64,000 bases of DNA from an uncultured Pirellulales bacterium (GTDB taxonomy: Bacteria; Planctomycetota; Phycisphaerae; Sedimentisphaerales; SM23-30). The notes below the pieces were generated by a model. That model saw nothing but the letters and a program-made list of their open reading frames with translations. It was not told where the DNA came from and ran no database searches. The stretch spans positions 11,096 through 75,095 of the forward strand of contig CAZOMV010000007.1 of the NCBI GenBank assembly GCA_964580995.1, in the 5' to 3' direction. Both the position numbers and the translations under genes were made by a program. Below are positions 44,133 through 52,880 of the stretch, one piece after another; positions within the stretch are counted from its first letter, which is position 1, and the number at the start of each line of letters is the position of its first letter.

Positions 44133-45556
44133 CCCTGGCGATACTCTGTGTGAAGATACTGATTCGCTTCGGGAACGTTGGTAACCTTCATATTTTTGAC
44201 ATCATAGTGCAACTCAATATTTCTGCCGGTACGGATCGCCACATTGCCCATCTGGCAGATTTCCACATAAGGCCCCGCATAGGCGAAATCATCGCCGGTA
44301 GGAGTCCCATGCTTGCAGGCCTCAATCCACTCCTGGATATGGCCGATGGAACGGGGCAACGTGGGGACCGGGCGTTTATATTCCTGCATTCTGGCTTCCG
44401 GGATCAGGCGCGGGCTGGTACTCCAGCCGCCCACCAGCAATTTTCCCTTGTCCCCAACAAAGAGCACCCCATTCTCTCCCAGGTTGCGGCCCGGCTCCAG
44501 TTCTTCCGACCGCGGCGGCAGCAGGCCGCCATCGTACCAGTGTACTTTGACCGGCGGCATATCTGCCCGCGCGGGAAAGGCATAGTGAATCATGGTCGCA
44601 TGGGGGTACGTTTCGGGATACATTTTACTGTAGCTTGCGGAAACCGTGAAGGACTCACATTGGCCGAGTTTTAAAGACCAATAGACGCAATCCATGTTGT
44701 GAACCATCATGTCGCCGGGAGAGCCGGAGCCAAAATCAAACCAGGGCCGCCAGGCACAGCCCGGCAGGTAGATGGGGTGGAAGGGCCGAGAGGGAGCCGG
44801 TCCCAGCCACAAATCCCAGTCAATGTCATCCGGCACCGGCGGGGTATCCTCCGGGCGAACAGTGGCTTTATACCAGCTATTTTCAAAGAGTAACGGCCGG
44901 TCGGTCCAGACATGCGCCTCCCGCACCGGACCGATCGCTCCATCCCAGATCCATTCATTAATCAAATGGGCATCCTCGCTCGAGTGCCCCTCGGTTCCCA
45001 TTTGCGTGGCCACCTTCGCTACGCGGGCCGCCTCGGTGATCTTCCGCGCCTCGTACACGGTATGGGTCAGCGGTTTTTCGCAGTACACATGTTTGCCCAT
45101 CTTCAGGGCCATCATGGTAATCACCGCGTGGGTATGGTCCGGGGTGGCTATCACCACGGCATCGATATTCTTGTCTTCCTTTTCGAGCATCTTGCGGAAA
45201 TCTTTGTATTTTTTTGCCTGGGGATACTGGGCAAAGGCCAGTGCGGGACTTTCCGAGCCATAATACGTTTCCCCGCGGGCCACCGCATAGTTGGCGGTGG
45301 AGTCGCCGTGTACCACATCGCATAAAGCCACAATATTACCCATGTTTCCCAGCCCCTTGCCCAGCAGTTCACTGCCCCGGCCGCCGATCCCGATGATAGC
45401 GAGATTGGGTTTTTCACTGGGGGGTACCTGGCCGTCACCCCCCAGCACATGCCGGGGAATTATAGTAAACAACGATATCCCCGCCGCACCGCTGCGAATG
45501 AATTGACGCCGGGAAATCTGATGATCCGCGTCCCGTTTGGTTTCACTTGATTCCAT
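44120..45556 (-). CDS. TAT-exported Gfo/Idh/MocA oxidoreductase (ThuB-like partner)
   Basis: TAT signal SRRQFIRSGAAGISLF, Rossmann motif AIIGIGGRG, and block ATPDHTHA...YCEKPL. I prefer ATG 45556 (GGAG 10 nt upstream); position 45571 is TTG. Confidence 0.88.
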   Translation of the reverse strand: MESSETKRDADHQISRRQFIRSGAAGISLFTIIPRHVLGGDGQVPPSEKPNLAIIGIGGRGSELLGKGLGNMGNIVALCDVVHGDSTANYAVARGETYYGSESPALAFAQYPQAKKYKDFRKMLEKEDKNIDAVVIATPDHTHAVITMMALKMGKHVYCEKPLTHTVYEARKITEAARVAKVATQMGTEGHSSEDAHLINEWIWDGAIGPVREAHVWTDRPLLFENSWYKATVRPEDTPPVPDDIDWDLWLGPAPSRPFHPIYLPGCAWRPWFDFGSGSPGDMMVHNMDCVYWSLKLGQCESFTVSASYSKMYPETYPHATMIHYAFPARADMPPVKVHWYDGGLLPPRSEELEPGRNLGENGVLFVGDKGKLLVGGWSTSPRLIPEARMQEYKRPVPTLPRSIGHIQEWIEACKHGTPTGDDFAYAGPYVEICQMGNVAIRTGRNIELHYDVKNMKVTNVPEANQYLHTEYRQGWEL

Positions 45557-45813
45557 AATTACTATCTCCAATAAAGTAAATCAAGCCGATTATCTATATG
45601 TGTATTTCTTCAAATCGCTTAGCAAACCAATCTCTCATGGGCACCAGCCCTGCCGGCTGCCCACTATGCCGATCCTGTTTCGCTGGAACACCTATTTTCC
45701 TCTTTGTGGCTCGCAATGTAAAGACCAAAATAGACAATGGCATAGGCATAATTTGTCCCTCCAGGTTTCCTGCGCAAAGCCCCGTTTTCCCTATATCTCG
45801 CCATCCCTTCGCC

Positions 45814-45987
45814 CTTGCCCAATAACGCAAAAACCGGCGGGATCGCTCCTGCCAGGCAATTCCCGCCTCTTCTCTTTACGGGGGGAAACCGGTGTTCCAT
45901 GCGCCCGAGCCGACCTTCCCATAAACCGTAGAATCCCCCAGCCACCACGAGGCGGTGGGCCTTTATTGACAATCTGAACCATGCACC
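45814..45987. repeat. ~175-nt intergenic repeat, copy A
   Basis: Aligns by eye at roughly 85-90% identity with 46388-46564. Shared blocks: gcccaataacgca, ggcgg.atcgctcctgccaggcaattcccgcc, ggggggaaaccggtgttccatgcgcccga, ccaccacgaggcggtgggcc, gaaccatg.acc. Confidence 0.8.
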
Positions 45988-46162
45988 CCCCATACGTGTA
46001 TCAATAAACATACATACTTTTGCTTGGATTCGGATAACCCAAAAAGGTGTTTTTAACACTGGCATTCCTTTAGAAAACACGATATAATTTATAAATCAGA
46101 TTTTCAAATAGTAAAGTTTTAAATACCTATCGGCGGATAACAGATATTCGACAGGATATAAA

Positions 46163-46399
46163 ATGGACACAAAAAAACTGATTACCATCGCGGAATTTAA
46201 TGAGCCGGTGGTGGCCCATATGGCCCTGGCCAAACTGGAGGCGAACGACATCCCCTGTTATCTGGCCAACGAAAATTTTGCAGCTACTTATCCGCTCTAC
46301 GCAGGTTCGTTTAGCGGAGTCCTATTGCAGGTGGAGCAGGCCGATGTGGAGCGGGCACTGGCGATATTAAACGAAAAAACCGAAGACCCTGCCCAATAA
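46163..46399 (+). CDS. DUF2007-like small protein (putative signal-transducing protein fold)
   Basis: 78 aa: ...ITIAEFNEPVVAHMALAKLEANDIPCYLANE...LLQVEQADVERALAIL. The stop codon lies inside repeat copy B. Confidence 0.65.
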   Translation: MDTKKLITIAEFNEPVVAHMALAKLEANDIPCYLANENFAATYPLYAGSFSGVLLQVEQADVERALAILNEKTEDPAQ

Positions 46400-46564
46400 C
46401 GCAGAAACCGGCGGAATCGCTCCTGCCAGGCAATTCCCGCCTCTTTTCTTCACGGGGGGAAACCGGTGTTCCATGCGCCCGAACCGAACCTTCCTATAAT
46501 CCGTAGAATCCCCCCCTCCACCACGAGGCGGTGGGCCTATTTTAGTCCATCGGAACCATGAACC
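46388..46564. repeat. ~175-nt intergenic repeat, copy B
   Basis: See copy A; same orientation. It sits between the convergent stops of the DUF2007-like gene and the GH78 gene. Confidence 0.8.
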
Positions 46565-46613
46565 GCCCGCCAGGGCCTCCCTGGACATGATTCAGAACCT
46601 TATATTCCTCTTT

Positions 46614-49600
46614 TCATTTTCCGGAATCGCGCACGCGGAAGCTGTATCGCCCCGACGCCACTTCAAACACGGCCATCTCACCATCCATGCGAGCAAATTT
46701 CACCCCCTCCGCCTCGCCAGCCGGCCGGCCGCCTTCCGTAACCATCTCCGCGCTCTCCGCCGGTACATACACCGTCGCCGTGGTATTGGCGGGAACCGTG
46801 ACATCCAACTGGAATTGCCCGTCCGCCATCTTCCACTCACTGCCAATCACTCCGTGGATCGAATCATAACGCGCCTTAACCCATTCCAGCCCCGCGCCAG
46901 GTCGCGGCCGAATCACAAAATGCTTATACCCCGGCTGCTCCTCATCCGGATTGATCCCCGCCAGCTCCCGCCAGACCCATTCGCCCACGGAACCAAACGC
47001 CCAGTGGTTGAAGCAGTTCATGCCGGGATCCTGGAATCCGCGGCCTTTCACATAGCCGTCCCACCTTTCCCAAATCGTGGTCGCGCCCATCTCGACCATG
47101 TATCCCCAGGACGGCACGGTCCGCAGGTTGATCAGCCGCCCCGCCTCATCGTGCCGGCCGTTACGGCTCAACTCCAGCATCATGCGGTGCGTCGTCTGAA
47201 TCCCCGTCGAGGGATGATCCATAAACTTCCGGATACCTTCCACCAGGTGTTCCGTCGCTTTCGGCCGCAAGGCTTCTTCCAGCAGATTGAAGTGTAATGC
47301 CAGGGCATAGCCCGATTGGGTGTCACCCTGGATTCGCCCGTCCGGCAACACATACGCCTGGTTAAACGCCGCCTTGATATCGTCGAACAGCTTGCCGTAC
47401 TCCGCGGCCTCCTCCTTTCGCTCCAGCACGCCGGCCATCTTCGCCACAATCTCGGTCGAATGGGCAAAAAAGGCCGTCGCGAAAATCTCGTTCGGAATGG
47501 CGCTGATGCCGCGGGGATAGCCTTCCAGCACCAGCGTGTCGCCGTTGAGCCAGTCGTTGTAGTCGTTCCCGCGATTCTTCTGCCAGAGTAAGTTCGGGTT
47601 GTTGTTGCGAATAAACTCCACCCAGCGCCGCGCCGACTCGAAATGCTGTTCAACCATCCGCCGGTCGGCATAATTCAGATACATCCGCCAGGGCACAATC
47701 GTGCCCGCATCCCCCCAGGCCGGCACACCCGAGAAGCTCTCATTCGGGTTAGCCACATGCGGAGCAACATCGGGATAGCGGCCGTCATCCGCCTGCGACT
47801 CGCGAATATCGGTCACCCATTTGGTGAAAAAACCGGCCATGTCGCGCTGGAAGAAAGCCGTTTGCGAGAATGCCTGGATGTCGCCCAGCCAGCCCTCGCG
47901 CTCGGTACGTTGGGGGCAATCGGTGGGCACGCTGTGCATGTTGCCCCGCTGCACCCACTCCACACAGTGCATAATCTGGTTGATGAGTTCATTGGAACAG
48001 GAAAACGAGCCGGCCTCCGGCGCCGCGGAATGGAACACCCGGCCGAGGATGGCATCAACGCCCGGTCGGCCAGGCAAACCCGTCACTTCCACGTAGCGGA
48101 AACCATGATAGGTAAAGTGCGGCTCTCTTTCCGCCTCCCCCCCGCCCCAGGTATATTCGTTGACCTGGTCAGCCCCGCGCAGATTGTCGGTGTAAATCGT
48201 GCCGTCGTCATTGAGCATCTCGGCATGACGCACGGTAATTTTGGTGCCCGCCGGCGCATCCGCCTTGAGCCGGCACCACCCCACCATATTCTGCCCCATA
48301 TCGAAAACATAGACACCCGGCTTCGGCTCAGTCATCTTCACGGGCCGCAGCTCCTTCACCACGCGAATCGGCTCGTTACTCTGTGCCACCAGAATCGCCT
48401 TCTCAGCCTCCTCCGGATACGGCAATACCTCAGCAGGCCGCCACCCGGCATCGGCAAAACCCGGCTGGTCCCAGCCGTCTATCTCCTTCGTAGCATCGTA
48501 CGTTTCGCCGAAGTAAATCCCGGCCCGGCGGATCGGCCCATCGGTCGTCGCCTGCCACGACGGATCGGTCACGACCGTCTGCTTCGAACCGTCCGCCAAC
48601 TCAATATCCAGCCGCATCAGCAGACAAAACCGCGGATCCTTCATCGCCGGCTTGGCCATCAGCGGCCCCGTCCACCACCCGCCGCCCAACTGCGCCCCCA
48701 CGGCATTCTTGCCGCTGCCCAGCAAATCAGTAACATCGTAGCTCTGGTACTGAATCCGCCGGCTGTACCGGGTCCACTCCGGCGCCAGTATCCGATCACC
48801 GACTTTCTGGCCATTGATCCGCAGCTCATACAACCCCAAACCGGTCACCGACACCACAGCCCGCTGAATCGGTTGGGCCGCGTCAAATTCCTTACGCAGC
48901 ATGGTCGCCGGCCGCTGACTGCCATCGTCCGCGCCGCCGCCTTCGGCCAGCACCCGGTCATCAACGAGCTTGCCCTTCGCCCAGCCGCCCGACTCAATGG
49001 CATCCAACGCAGTCACCACCGCCCCCTTGGTTACATTCTCCTCACCCGCCAGCACCTGCATCTCCGCCAACGCAAATCCATAGTTCTCCCCGTCGCGATG
49101 GCCCAGCCGATTCACGCTCAGACGCACATACCGCGCCTCCATCGCTTCAAAACGGTAAACCGGCGCCGAAAGGCCCGGATTCGGTACATCCGCGTTAGTC
49201 TGGTCCACAACGGTCTTCGCATCCGAGAAGTCAGCCTTTTGCCCGGCCTCAATCTTATACCGCACGGGAAACAGGAACCCGGGCGTGTCCGGTGCATAAT
49301 CATACGGACGCGCCGGGTAAAGCCCCACACCGTCGATCCTGCGTTCCGCGCCCAGATCAACCGCTACCCATTTGACCGCATCCGCTGACGTCGCCAGCTC
49401 GCTGTGATACCCGTTGTGCGGCGTTAGCGGGGCTTCAGCCGGCGCCGCAATCCACTCAGCCTGCCAATCCGTCGGCTTCAACAACCCCATCGACCAGAAG
49501 GCCGGTTCGCTCGATTCGGATATATTCCCATCCTTGTCCCACACCTGCACCTTCCAGAAACACTCCATCCGGCTTTCCAGCGGCCTGCCCTGATAAACCA

Positions 49601-49901
49601 CATGAATCGTCTGATCGCCCGCCACCTTCCCGCTGTCCCAAAGGTCCGCCTCCCCCACCGCCAGCTTCGCCGCACTGCTGGCCGCCACCACCCGATACGC
49701 CGTCTGCCTCTGCCCGCGCCCCTCCGACCGCAACACCCACGACAGCCGCGGCGCCAGCACATCGATCCCCACCGGATTCTCCAGGTATTCGCACCGCAGC
49801 CGCCCCACCTCGATGTCCCCGTCCCCCTTCGCCGCCTGGCTAAACACCGATAACGCCGCCGCCAGCCCCATCACACCTGCCCAAAGAAATGACTTAGCCA
49901 T
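46614..49901 (-). CDS. Secreted alpha-L-rhamnosidase (GH78) with inserted discoidin-like domain
   Basis: GH78 N-terminal signature: LRCEYLENPVGIDVLAPRLSWVL...RQTAYRVVAASS...LWDSGKV...CFWKVQVWD. The insert includes DAVKWVAVDLG...YVRLSVNRL. The six-hairpin region includes DCPQRTEREGWLGD. I prefer ATG 49901, with AGGAG 9 nt upstream. Confidence 0.9.
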   Translation of the reverse strand: MAKSFLWAGVMGLAAALSVFSQAAKGDGDIEVGRLRCEYLENPVGIDVLAPRLSWVLRSEGRGQRQTAYRVVAASSAAKLAVGEADLWDSGKVAGDQTIHVVYQGRPLESRMECFWKVQVWDKDGNISESSEPAFWSMGLLKPTDWQAEWIAAPAEAPLTPHNGYHSELATSADAVKWVAVDLGAERRIDGVGLYPARPYDYAPDTPGFLFPVRYKIEAGQKADFSDAKTVVDQTNADVPNPGLSAPVYRFEAMEARYVRLSVNRLGHRDGENYGFALAEMQVLAGEENVTKGAVVTALDAIESGGWAKGKLVDDRVLAEGGGADDGSQRPATMLRKEFDAAQPIQRAVVSVTGLGLYELRINGQKVGDRILAPEWTRYSRRIQYQSYDVTDLLGSGKNAVGAQLGGGWWTGPLMAKPAMKDPRFCLLMRLDIELADGSKQTVVTDPSWQATTDGPIRRAGIYFGETYDATKEIDGWDQPGFADAGWRPAEVLPYPEEAEKAILVAQSNEPIRVVKELRPVKMTEPKPGVYVFDMGQNMVGWCRLKADAPAGTKITVRHAEMLNDDGTIYTDNLRGADQVNEYTWGGGEAEREPHFTYHGFRYVEVTGLPGRPGVDAILGRVFHSAAPEAGSFSCSNELINQIMHCVEWVQRGNMHSVPTDCPQRTEREGWLGDIQAFSQTAFFQRDMAGFFTKWVTDIRESQADDGRYPDVAPHVANPNESFSGVPAWGDAGTIVPWRMYLNYADRRMVEQHFESARRWVEFIRNNNPNLLWQKNRGNDYNDWLNGDTLVLEGYPRGISAIPNEIFATAFFAHSTEIVAKMAGVLERKEEAAEYGKLFDDIKAAFNQAYVLPDGRIQGDTQSGYALALHFNLLEEALRPKATEHLVEGIRKFMDHPSTGIQTTHRMMLELSRNGRHDEAGRLINLRTVPSWGYMVEMGATTIWERWDGYVKGRGFQDPGMNCFNHWAFGSVGEWVWRELAGINPDEEQPGYKHFVIRPRPGAGLEWVKARYDSIHGVIGSEWKMADGQFQLDVTVPANTTATVYVPAESAEMVTEGGRPAGEAEGVKFARMDGEMAVFEVASGRYSFRVRDSGK

Positions 49902-50021
49902 AAATAGCTTCTCCTGAACCATAGAAAAGGATTTTCGCTCTCGTATCCTGTGCTTATAAGGCGGAGTTCTGAAACACGGTTTTCGCTCTCCCTCGCTTGC
50001 CGCGGAACGCGCCCATTCCCA

Positions 50022-51461
50022 TTAATCCCCCGCCGCCCCCAGCGGCTGCAAACCCGGACGCGACCGGATCAGACCCTTGCACTGCTTCAGCCCCTGCGCC
50101 AACTGCCCGTCCAGCTCCAGCAGCCGCTCCGCCAGCGCCTTCTTCGCCACCGCCTCCTCCGCCTTGTTCTTGTCCCCTGTTTCCGCTCCTGCCTTCTCCG
50201 CCTCCGCCTTCTCCTGGGCCGTCGGCTGCACCGTCAGCTCCTCCAGCAGATCCCGCAGCTCCTCAAACTTCTTCGGGTCCAGCTTCTCCTCCACATCCGG
50301 GTCCACCCCCCACGTGTCGCTGCCCGGCAGCCGGTGCACGCACCGACCCTTCGGCAGATAATAATAATCCGTCGTGATCTTCACCGCGTCCCCCGAATCC
50401 GGCAGCCGGAAAATCCGCTGCACCGACCCCTTCCCCCACGACCGCTGCCCCACAATCACCGCCCGCCCGTGATCCTGCAGCGCCCCCGAAACAATCTCCG
50501 CCGCACTGGCCGACCCCTGATCGATCAGGATCACCAGGTGAAACCGCGGATACGTCCCCTGCGCCTGCGCCGTCTGCTCCTGCGGCGCCGTATGCGCCCC
50601 GCGCGTGGACACAATCACCCCGTGGTCGATCATCCGGTCCACCACCTCCACCGCCGCCGACATCAGCCCCCCCGGATTCGACCGCAAATCCAGGATCAGC
50701 GCCTCCATCTTCTGCTGCTGCAATTTCTCCATCGCCGCGTCCAGCTCCGCCGCCGTCTCCTCCACAAACTGGCTCAGCCGCACATACCCCACCTTCGACT
50801 CCTCGTCCAGCATATAATCCCACCCCCCAGCCGCCTCCCGCCGCCACCCCTTGATCGTCGGCACCTGGATCCGCTCCCGCACAATCACAATCTCCTCCTC
50901 CTCCCCGTCCGCATGACGCACCTTGATCTTCACCTCCGAACCCGCCTCCCCCGTCATCTCCTTCACCGCCTTCGTATTGCTCCACCCCTTGGTCTCCTGC
51001 CCGTTCACCTCCAAAATCACATCCCCCGCTTGCACCCCCGACTTATACGCCGGCGAATCCTCAAACGGACTAATCACGATCAGATTCCCCTCCTTGCTGT
51101 CAATCCCGATCCCGATCCCCTCATAACTGCCGCTGGTCTGCTTCTGAAACGCCTCCACCTCCGGCGCTGGGATATACTCGCTGTAAAAATCCAGCTCATG
51201 CAGCATCCCGTTGATCGCCCCCGTCACCAGCTCCTTATCATCCGTCACCGTCACATAGTTCCTGTGGATCAGATCGCACACATCCACCAGCGGATCAAAT
51301 ATCCGGTAATCCCCCGCCACCCCCTGCTGCGGCCCCGCCTTTTCCTCCGCCGCCGGCCCGCCCTCCTCCTGCCCCGCCGCCACCGCCGCCAGCCCCGCCC
51401 ACACCATCACCATCGCCACCCGCATCATCCGCCGCATCCAATCCGCTCTCTTCACAGCCAT
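50022..51461 (-). CDS. ctpA: S41 carboxy-terminal processing peptidase with PDZ domain
   Basis: PDZ block GIGIGIDSKEGNLIVISPFEDSPAYKSGVQAGDVILEVNG. Peptidase blocks LILDLRSNPGGL and LIDQGSASAAEIVSGALQD...GKGSVQ. The start is uncertain (GTG 51488, ATG 51461 or ATG 51437). The promoter position argues against 51488. Confidence 0.88.
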   Translation of the reverse strand: MAVKRADWMRRMMRVAMVMVWAGLAAVAAGQEEGGPAAEEKAGPQQGVAGDYRIFDPLVDVCDLIHRNYVTVTDDKELVTGAINGMLHELDFYSEYIPAPEVEAFQKQTSGSYEGIGIGIDSKEGNLIVISPFEDSPAYKSGVQAGDVILEVNGQETKGWSNTKAVKEMTGEAGSEVKIKVRHADGEEEEIVIVRERIQVPTIKGWRREAAGGWDYMLDEESKVGYVRLSQFVEETAAELDAAMEKLQQQKMEALILDLRSNPGGLMSAAVEVVDRMIDHGVIVSTRGAHTAPQEQTAQAQGTYPRFHLVILIDQGSASAAEIVSGALQDHGRAVIVGQRSWGKGSVQRIFRLPDSGDAVKITTDYYYLPKGRCVHRLPGSDTWGVDPDVEEKLDPKKFEELRDLLEELTVQPTAQEKAEAEKAGAETGDKNKAEEAVAKKALAERLLELDGQLAQGLKQCKGLIRSRPGLQPLGAAGD

Positions 51462-51499
51462 ATCTCCAAAAATTTCCAATTCCAACACCCCACCCCCTC

Positions 51500-51528
51500 A
51501 TTCTACCCGCCCATAACCCCCCTGTCAA
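51500..51528 (-). promoter_or_regulatory. sigma70-type promoter (TTGACA-17-TAGAAT) for the S41 peptidase gene
   Basis: On the minus strand, TTGACA (51523-51528) is followed by a 17-nt spacer and TAGAAT (51500-51505). Confidence 0.5.
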
Positions 51529-51572
51529 CCAAACGAATCCCCCATCTAATCTGCGTATATCATCTTACTCTA

Positions 51573-51598
51573 ATTGTGCCACGGCCATCTTGGCCGTG
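51573..51598. repeat. 26-nt hairpin element, copy 2 (inverted relative to copy 1)
   Basis: attgtgccacggccatcttggccgtg is the exact reverse complement of 722-747. It lies downstream of the minus-strand gene 51773..52072, which is consistent with a terminator role. Confidence 0.6.
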
Positions 51599-51772
51599 TC
51601 TTCTCTTTTCATTCCCCGTTCTCTTTTCTATCCCTATTCTAATCCCGTAAACCATCTCCCGCCAAATAATCTTTCAAATGGACCCGCCGCTCCCCAACAA
51701 AAATGGGTGGCACCTTCCCGCCGCAGGTGGGGAGGTGTTCTTCTCCGAAGGGTATATTTCCCCGCTGAATTA

Positions 51773-52072
51773 TCAATCGTCATAATAGGCTTCAACCACC
51801 TTACCCTCCGTATCAAAATGAACCGTAAAGGAATTCCATTGAAACCAGTGACCATAAACCCATACTTCCCCTCCCGCATTTCCACTATATTTTTGGTATG
51901 GCTCACCAAGCATTTCTTGGACATCTTCTCTTGCCAATCCCGCCACTACTTTTTGTGCGATTTCCGGCGCCACCGGCTTACTATTCATGCTCCAGCAAAA
52001 CAAACCCAGCAAAGCCGCCATCAAAAACACCACGCCGCACACCCCCCATACCACGCCTCTTGTCTTATTCAT
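51773..52072 (-). CDS. Small membrane-anchored protein (99 aa, SmpA/OmlA-like fold guess)
   Basis: N-terminal hydrophobic anchor GVVWGVCGVVFLMAALLGLFCW. C-terminal block REDVQEMLGEPYQ...VWVYGHW...VHFDTEGKVV. The family call is tentative. Confidence 0.55.
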   Translation of the reverse strand: MNKTRGVVWGVCGVVFLMAALLGLFCWSMNSKPVAPEIAQKVVAGLAREDVQEMLGEPYQKYSGNAGGEVWVYGHWFQWNSFTVHFDTEGKVVEAYYDD

Positions 52073-52099
52073 CTCACCATCCTCTCTGCCATCCCTTTC

Positions 52100-52555
52100 T
52101 TCACAGGCCCCGCCGGGGCCGTAAGTTTCTTAGCCGGAGGCGCAAGCCTCCGGACCACGAACATCCACCCCCACCCCAGCCCCGAAGGGGCGAAAGTTTC
52201 AACCACAGGCAATACATCACCTGGTAACTCACGACCCTTTTGGGTCCGATTGGTTCGTCCCGCTATCCATCGGGTCGCTGGCGCAATACCTTGCCATCTA
52301 TGTATACTATAACACATAACATAATATCGCCCGCTACTCAATTCACGCAAGCCCCCAACTTTATGTTGGGGGTTCAAATCCACCGTCCATGTCCCGCCTC
52401 TCGTTTTCGTTAAAAAGCAGGAATCCAGAGTTTTATTCACCCCCGTATTGTCTGACGCAGCGACTAACAGGAGCGCCAACTTGCCAACCAGGCTCGCGGC
52501 GTAGTGGTGCAGGCTAGCCTGCCATTCCCGTTCTGAGTTCAACCTTCAGGTTGTC
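52100..52555. other. Hairpin-dense non-coding segment (candidate structured RNA or REP cluster), strand unresolved
   Basis: At least 7 perfect short GC hairpins:
- 52106-52120
- 52134-52153, with 8-bp stem and GCAA loop
- 52179-52191, which reads GCCCCUUCGGGGC on the minus strand
- 52233-52246
- 52352-52372, with 8-bp stem
- 52509-52522
- 52541-52552
No convincing ORF is present. Confidence 0.3.
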
Positions 52556-52880
52556 TTTCTTCTTGTTCGGAATCCAACCTGTAACCATTCTTGCTAATTC
52601 GTACCTTTTTCTTGCCGATAACGGATAACTATCATGTAATTCGGAATCCATAACTCGTAATTTCTTATACGGGAATCCATCTTCCATTTATTTTTTTATC
52701 GGCGTTTATCGGCGGATAATATTCTTTCTATTCCCGTCACCATTAATATATTCTCTTTCCTCCGTACCCCTCGGTGCCCTCTGTGGTAAAATATATTTTC
52801 TTCTCTTCGCACCTCCGCACCCCGGCGGGATGCCTTCTCGTGTATCTCCCCCACCGCCTTTTCCAATCGTTCCACATCCC

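Noticed and set aside
45880-45920. Repeat core GGGGAAACCGGTG... resembling the start of a cobalamin riboswitch
   Set aside because: There is no B12 box (GCCACTG-like) and no downstream conserved elements. The copies are not upstream of transport or cobalamin genes.
45664-46080. 138-aa minus-strand ORF, with ORFs 45791..45982 and 46367..46588, which share the peptide 'RMEHRFPPVK.RGGNCLAGAIPPV.ALLG'
   Set aside because: The shared peptide is simply the translation of the 175-nt DNA repeat. There is no RBS, the frames differ at the repeat edges, and they overlap other elements.
45814-46564. Repeat-ORF-repeat layout as an integron cassette with attC sites
   Set aside because: The repeat ends do not match the RYYYAAC / GTTRRRY core sites. 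No integrase is present, and the repeats are direct copies of a longer structured element.
47643-49388. 581-aa plus-strand ORF
   Set aside because: It is antisense to the GH78 rhamnosidase gene, which has clear family signatures. This is a shadow ORF.
722-51598. The two inverted 26-nt elements as terminal inverted repeats of a 50-kb mobile element
   Set aside because: The interval contains housekeeping genes (uvrA, trpBA) and no transposase or integrase. Similarity does not extend beyond the hairpin core, so REP-like terminators are more likely.
49950-51650. 566-aa plus-strand ORF
   Set aside because: It is antisense to the S41 peptidase gene. The sequence is monotonous L/R/P/H-rich and it runs through the mapped promoter and the hairpin element.
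52352-52392. T-arm-like GGGGGTTCAAATCCACC suggesting a tRNA or tmRNA; also GGGGGTGAATAAAACTCTGGATTCC on the minus strand, which resembles a tmRNA 5' end
   Set aside because: The T-stem has a central G-A mismatch. No complementary acceptor strand or CCA context is found at the right distance on either strand, and permuted tmRNA layouts also fail. No RNase P CR-I/CR-V, SRP or group II domain V signatures were seen.
52069-52542. 157-aa minus-strand ORF overlapping the downstream start by ATGA
   Set aside because: It has a TTG start without an RBS and odd composition. The ORF coincides with the hairpin-dense segment. I treat it as non-coding, though not with certainty.
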